From a virus: a stretch of 64,000 bases of DNA. Made by a program: the position numbers and the translations under genes. Where the stretch lies: IMG/VR virus record IMGVR_UViG_3300035661_000053, positions 1 through 64,000 of that record, one strand, 5' to 3'. Positions within the stretch are counted from its first letter, which is position 1; each line of letters opens with the position of its first letter. Positions 58,958 through 64,000 of the stretch are shown here, piece by piece. A model generated the notes under the pieces. That model saw only the letters and a program-made list of their open reading frames with translations. It did no database searches and had not been told where the DNA came from.

Positions 58958-59806
58958 TTATTCATTATCATCTCCGTCCATAAATGATAATGTGTCATTA
59001 TTATTCACGGGTAAATAATTAGTCCAAAGAGCTTCTCTTTTTTCTGCTTTTGAAGAATTTATCTTTTTTAATGGACCAAACGAGACATTCCAGTCTCCGT
59101 ATAGCTCCGACATTAAGTCACACTCATAACCAGAAACAGCAACCTTTCCTTTAGCTGAATGCAAAGCTTTTGATAACTCTTTATGGTCGGGATTCTTCAT
59201 TTCATATTTATAAGCATTTGAATCTGATCTTGATTCGTGAGGGTATGGTGGGTCGCAATAAAAAAGAGTATCCGGGCTATCAAATCTTTCTATAACTTCG
59301 AGCGCGGGTCTATGTTCGATTTGAACTCTTAGTAATCTTTGTGAAATTTCTGATAAACCCTCAACACTTCCAAGCCATCTAGAAACAGCACCCGCCATTC
59401 CCGCTCTACTAGTCAAAAGACAGTGCGCCCATCGACCACCACTTGCCTTTTGAGCGAGTCCGGTTCTGACCTGTCTGGCTCTAATAAAAAATCGTCTAGC
59501 CCTCTCCATTTCGCTTATATCAGCATCTATCGTTGAGGAAAGTTCAAATTCTTCTCTAGAAAAAGGAGTCAGTCCAATTTTTTCTATTAATTCATCCTTA
59601 TGGTCACGCAACACTTCAAAAAAATTTGTTATGTCGCTGTCTAGATCATTAAAGGTTTCAATCGGGGAGGGCATTCTATTTAAAATAACAGCGGCTGAAC
59701 CACCAAATGGTTCACAATAGTGGAGTGTTTTTGGTAATAATGGTAATAGCCACTCCAAATGACTGAATTTGCCACCGTACCAACCAAAAGCTATTTTTTT
59801 TGTCAT
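58958..59806 (-). CDS. Dam-family (D12 class) N6-adenine DNA methyltransferase
   Basis: WYGGK, EPFGGS, NDLD, YCDPPY. Confidence 0.92.
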   Translation of the reverse strand: MTKKIAFGWYGGKFSHLEWLLPLLPKTLHYCEPFGGSAAVILNRMPSPIETFNDLDSDITNFFEVLRDHKDELIEKIGLTPFSREEFELSSTIDADISEMERARRFFIRARQVRTGLAQKASGGRWAHCLLTSRAGMAGAVSRWLGSVEGLSEISQRLLRVQIEHRPALEVIERFDSPDTLFYCDPPYPHESRSDSNAYKYEMKNPDHKELSKALHSAKGKVAVSGYECDLMSELYGDWNVSFGPLKKINSSKAEKREALWTNYLPVNNNDTLSFMDGDDNE

Positions 59807-59933
59807 AAAACTCCTAAAATTAAATACAAATACAACCTTTTAAGAAAAATAAGTTAAAAACAAGAATATTTGACAGTTTTTTATCATGTATAAAATGAAT
59901 TTACAAGGGACAGAAAACAGTACCATTGGTTAA

Positions 59934-62522
59934 TCAAAAAACTCGATTGTCCATTTTCGAATATATGGTACTACCAATCAGAGTGGTCGCCTTTTCGCTA
60001 TTGATGAGTCTTGATACCTCCCTTATAAAACTCTCTGGATTTATCCTGAAATTCGCGAACGTTGATTTTTTTATTCCCTGCAAAATCTTCACAACTGTTT
60101 TGCGGGTTAAATTGGTTTCCTTGACAATTTTGGTGATAAGATCATATTTAAGAGCACCCAGTAAAGACCCCGTTCTTTTGACAACGTTTTTCTTTTTCGT
60201 CATGCTTTCGCCTGATTTTAGACTGGATTCATCAATCTGATCTTTTTGTTCTCCTTCTGTAATTATTACAAGAGCCTCTTTCACTTCTAATTTGGTATCA
60301 AGCGCGTTAATAACCTTTTCAATCAGTTCTTCGCTATTAAAATCAACCTCATAAATTGTTTTTGCTTCAATCCTGTTCCATAAGTCTTGGGATTCCTTCT
60401 TCACGAAGTTAGAGTTAGCTTGTAATGCCACTTCATTAATGTTGTTTTCTTTCTCGTTATCAGCAGCCTTAAAATTAGCCGTGGTATAAATACTTTGTAT
60501 TAAGTCAATTACTGCCTCTTTGAAGTCCATTAATTCTTCAGGAAGTTCGACTCTATCCACTTCAACGTCTTCAATAAATTGGTCAGTAATTTTGTATTCT
60601 TTATCCACGTACCCCTTTATCCTGAAGGTAAGAATCAAATCCATTGCCTTCTGATTGTCAAATACAAGTTTTTTTCCTTCCCTATTCTTCAGAATATGAC
60701 CAACCAATATACCTGTGGTTAATTTAGTGGGTCTCTCGGAAAGAGATTCCACAATTTCCTTTTGCAGATCACGGGCGAAACTATCATAAGACTCACTGGC
60801 AATAACGGTAAGCGTGTTAAAATTGAAAAATTCGTGCCCTAATACAGAATAATCCATTCGTTCCCCGGTATTATTGACACAAATTCGCAAGCCCCTGCCT
60901 ATTTCCTGCCTCTTACTAATCGTGGACTGGCTATGCTTAAGTGTGCAAATTTGGAATATATTCGGGTTGTCCCAGCCCTCCCGAAGAGCAGAATGAGAAA
61001 AGATAAATCTTGTTGGCTCACCCAAGCTTAACAACCGCTCTTTGTTCTTCATTATCAGTTCGTAGGCGCCCCCATCGTCACTTCCACCTTCGGTTTTCTT
61101 TTCGGTAGAGTCAATAAATTGTCCTTTTTTATCAATTGAGAAATATCCCTCGTGTATTTCTTCTACAGAATGAAGATTCAGGTAATCATTATAATCTTTT
61201 TCAAACGGGCTTTGCTCTTGTATCGCCTTTCTGTATTCATCTTCAAATATCAACGCGTATTCACCCTTTAACGGGTTGTTATTATCATCATAGGCCCGGT
61301 ATTTGGCTACTTCATCAATGAAGAATAATGACAATACCTTAATCCCCTTCCGGTAGAGCATTCTTTCTTTTTCGATATGAGATTTTATCGTTTCCCGTAT
61401 CTGGATTCTTCTCACGTGTTCCTCGTCAACATCTCCAATGGTTTGCCCTGCATGAATTTCAACCCCGTTGGTAAACACGACCCTGTTTTTCAGCCCATTA
61501 ATTTCTCTAACAATAAAACCCTTGTATTGAGCTAATTTACCAGAGTGCTGATATAAGTCATCCTTTTCCGAAATATGCTTAATTACTTTTTTTATCCCAG
61601 TTTTTTGATTAACCTCCATTTCAATGAATGCGGTTGGATAATGCTTTGAACTTATTTGTACCCGATCCAGAAACAGATAACTGTTTGTGCCACTATTCCT
61701 TATGACTTCAATCCCTTTTACGTTTATCCTTTTCACAAGTTTCTGATTATACGCGTCAATTGCATCGAGGCGGTAAATTTTATTGTAATCTCTTTTATGT
61801 GTAGCGGAATAGCGAAGATTAAAGAGCGGGTTAAATTCATGAAGAAGCGATTCCGCTTTGTCTCCAAAGCGCTGTGGCTCATCAATAATAAGTATCGGGC
61901 GAGCCCTTTTGATTATATCTATCGGTTTTTCAGACTGAATACTATCTAACTTTTGATAGATTTTCCGAGATTCTTTGCTTTTCGTGGCAAATGCCTGGTA
62001 ATTCATTATAATTACTTCTATGTTAGAAGTATTAGCAAAGTTCTTGATATTCACCAGGTTGGATTTGTTCCGCGCGTTGTAAATAGTAAAGCGAATCTTT
62101 TTCCCGTAAATTTCCTGAAAATGATCGGCTGTAATTTCCAGAGACTTATGAACGCCCTCTCGAATTGCAATAGAAGGAACCATTATGATGAATTTACTCC
62201 ATCCGTAATGAGCATTTAATTCATACATGGTTTTGGTGTAGACATAAGTTTTACCCGTCCCGGTCTCCATTTCAATGGTGAAGTTCATCCCCTCTAATGC
62301 CTTATTGACCTTTAACCCCTGATCCTTCTGAACCTCCCGAATGTTTTTAAGTAGTTCCTCGGGGGTTAGATTCAGTTTTTTATTTGAAAATATTTCATCG
62401 CCGAATAACCCGTGTCTTCTGACAAGTTCTTCGCGTTTCCCTTTGGACTGACCAATGAAACAGTTAACTACTGCCATTGTTGCATCAAACTGATATTGTT
62501 GCTGCTTGAATTTTAATTTCAT
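59934..62522 (-). pseudogene. res: Type III R-M Res subunit, C-terminally truncated
   Basis: EMETGTGKT, IIDEPQ, RYSATH, ALREGWDNPN, QEIGRGLR; no C-terminal PD-(D/E)xK nuclease. Confidence 0.75.
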
Positions 62523-62523
62523 T

Positions 62524-63999
62524 CTATATCACCATAATGACTGTTTCCGGAGAAAGTCTTTTGAAGCGTTTTTCTACATTAATTTTATCCTTGTCATACG
62601 CAAAACACGCGTCCTTAAAGACCATTTTGGAAGGTTTCATATCAGCAATCACGTTCACTATACTAAAATTAATGTTGTCATCAAAACACGCTACAAGAGC
62701 GTTTTCCTGAACGACAAGCACACTATTTCCAAGAATTTCACGCTTATCGATCGATAAAGATAATTCCAGACCAAGATCAAGCATCACCTGGGTAAGTAAA
62801 TCTTCCGGTGTTCTGTCTTCCTTAATATTGCTCTCGAATGCCGATAGTTGTTCTTGTGTTATATCCATCGGGTGATAAAAAGCATCCTTCATGTTGCTTG
62901 AATCAGTCTTGTATACTCGGAACCCAATATCGAGATTTTTAATGTGCTCAATTTTTAATTCGAGTTCTGACTTCTTTTCCCTCAGTTCTTCGCTCCCAGC
63001 TAAGGTTTTGTATTTTAATTCACGATTGATTTTCGTGAGTTCGATTTCACGCTCTTTCAAGTATTCATCTTTTATTCTCCTCCCCGCGCGTCGAATTCTT
63101 TCTTTGCCTATCTCTGATACATTTGTTGGTTTTCCCAGAGAATTTAGAAATTTAATGCTGGCTAATATTCTCTTCTTCTCGTTCGCATCCCTCGCCTTTT
63201 TTTCGTCAAGTTCTTCCTGTAGTTGCACTAAAATATATTTCAACTTTGAATGATTCTCAATATTGAACTGATAAACCGCCTCCGCGGTCGTTGCTGATCC
63301 GGCAAAGAAATCAAGAACTATATCATTTTGTTTGCAAACAAAATTTATCAAGTATTTTATTAAGCTAACTGGTTTTGGGTAATCAAAATAATATCCACCA
63401 AGCAGCTCAATTAACTCACTTGATGCATTTTCATTAGTGCCCACACCATTCTCTTTCTTATTTATAAGAGGAGATGTGTATTTTTCCTTGATATAATTCG
63501 TTGGTCGCTTATACCCTTCTTCATCTCTAATAAATCTAATTGATAGTTTTTCGGATTTTATTAAAAATTTTGTTCCTTTCTGTATCTCGGCATTAAGGAA
63601 ATCCTGTGTCCACTTAAACTCACCCTCTAAAATAAAATCGCTCTTTGAATAGCCGTCATGAATAATAATGTCCTCGCTCAATGTTACTCTATCATACAGC
63701 CCGGCTGCTAATTTCCCATTAGGAAATTTATCTTTTCTAAAATAAACTGATTCTTTTGGAAATTTCAGAGCAACAACTGAATTCCCAGAATTTAATAGTG
63801 GCTGGTCTCCTCCATCCAATAATTCTCCGTTATATTTTTGGGAATTTTTATATTTTTCATAACACAGTATGTATTCATTTGTCTTTCTTGATTTAGTTGA
63901 AAGTGCGGGTGGAGTTGAGGTCTTAACCCAAGAGAATATTTCGACAAAATTTTCCTCCCCGAATGTTTCGTCAAGAATTGCTTTTAAATTTTTAAGCTC
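62524..63999 (-). CDS. mod: Type III R-M Mod methyltransferase, 5-prime end outside the window
   Basis: Frame open from the window edge (DETFGEENF..NEYILCY); FDYPKP, LDFFAGSATTA, DIGFRVYK. Confidence 0.92.
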   Translation of the reverse strand, partial: ELKNLKAILDETFGEENFVEIFSWVKTSTPPALSTKSRKTNEYILCYEKYKNSQKYNGELLDGGDQPLLNSGNSVVALKFPKESVYFRKDKFPNGKLAAGLYDRVTLSEDIIIHDGYSKSDFILEGEFKWTQDFLNAEIQKGTKFLIKSEKLSIRFIRDEEGYKRPTNYIKEKYTSPLINKKENGVGTNENASSELIELLGGYYFDYPKPVSLIKYLINFVCKQNDIVLDFFAGSATTAEAVYQFNIENHSKLKYILVQLQEELDEKKARDANEKKRILASIKFLNSLGKPTNVSEIGKERIRRAGRRIKDEYLKEREIELTKINRELKYKTLAGSEELREKKSELELKIEHIKNLDIGFRVYKTDSSNMKDAFYHPMDITQEQLSAFESNIKEDRTPEDLLTQVMLDLGLELSLSIDKREILGNSVLVVQENALVACFDDNINFSIVNVIADMKPSKMVFKDACFAYDKDKINVEKRFKRLSPETVIMVI

Positions 64000-64000
64000 T

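Noticed and set aside
202-63253. Plus-strand ORFs in the track
   Set aside because: They are antisense shadows of coherent minus-strand genes and lack recognisable motifs.
63792-63974. Separate 60-aa ORF or frameshift in mod
   Set aside because: The mod frame is open continuously from the window edge; the short ORF is an off-frame overlap.
200-64000. Apparent CGCG enrichment as a modification target signature
   Set aside because: Judged by eye only, and it looks similar in the R-M region, so it is not phage-specific; needs a k-mer count.

Overview
Almost the whole window (about 200-58,700) is a single minus-strand tailed-phage (siphovirus-like) or prophage genome. In transcription order it holds: terminase, portal, scaffold, major capsid protein (MCP) and head-tail genes (55.5-48.0 kb); a replication/recombination block (DnaC-like, DnaB, primase, family A polymerase, SF2 helicase, SSB, RecA, ligase, Cas4-like nuclease; 47.9-29.9 kb); a 7-deazaguanine cluster (QueD, FolE, QueE, QueC, DpdA) with extra enzymes (29.3-21.3 kb); tail genes with a -1 frameshifted chaperone and a 1,886-aa tape measure protein (20.2-7.3 kb); and a lysis cassette containing a REC-PAS-PAS sensor protein (7.3-3.0 kb). 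The right end has a type III R-M mod gene, a truncated res gene and a Dam-like methylase, which may be host or cargo. TAnnTTTG promoter motifs suggest an FCB-group host. The most interesting candidate is in the deazaguanine cluster: a second QueC-like ATPase and a second putative TGT-fold protein each sit beside a small basic ORF starting Met-Gly (one is absent from the ORF track), alongside two glycosyltransferases. This suggests peptide deazaguanylation and/or a new hypermodified DNA base. All family assignments come from motifs recognised by eye; no searches were run.
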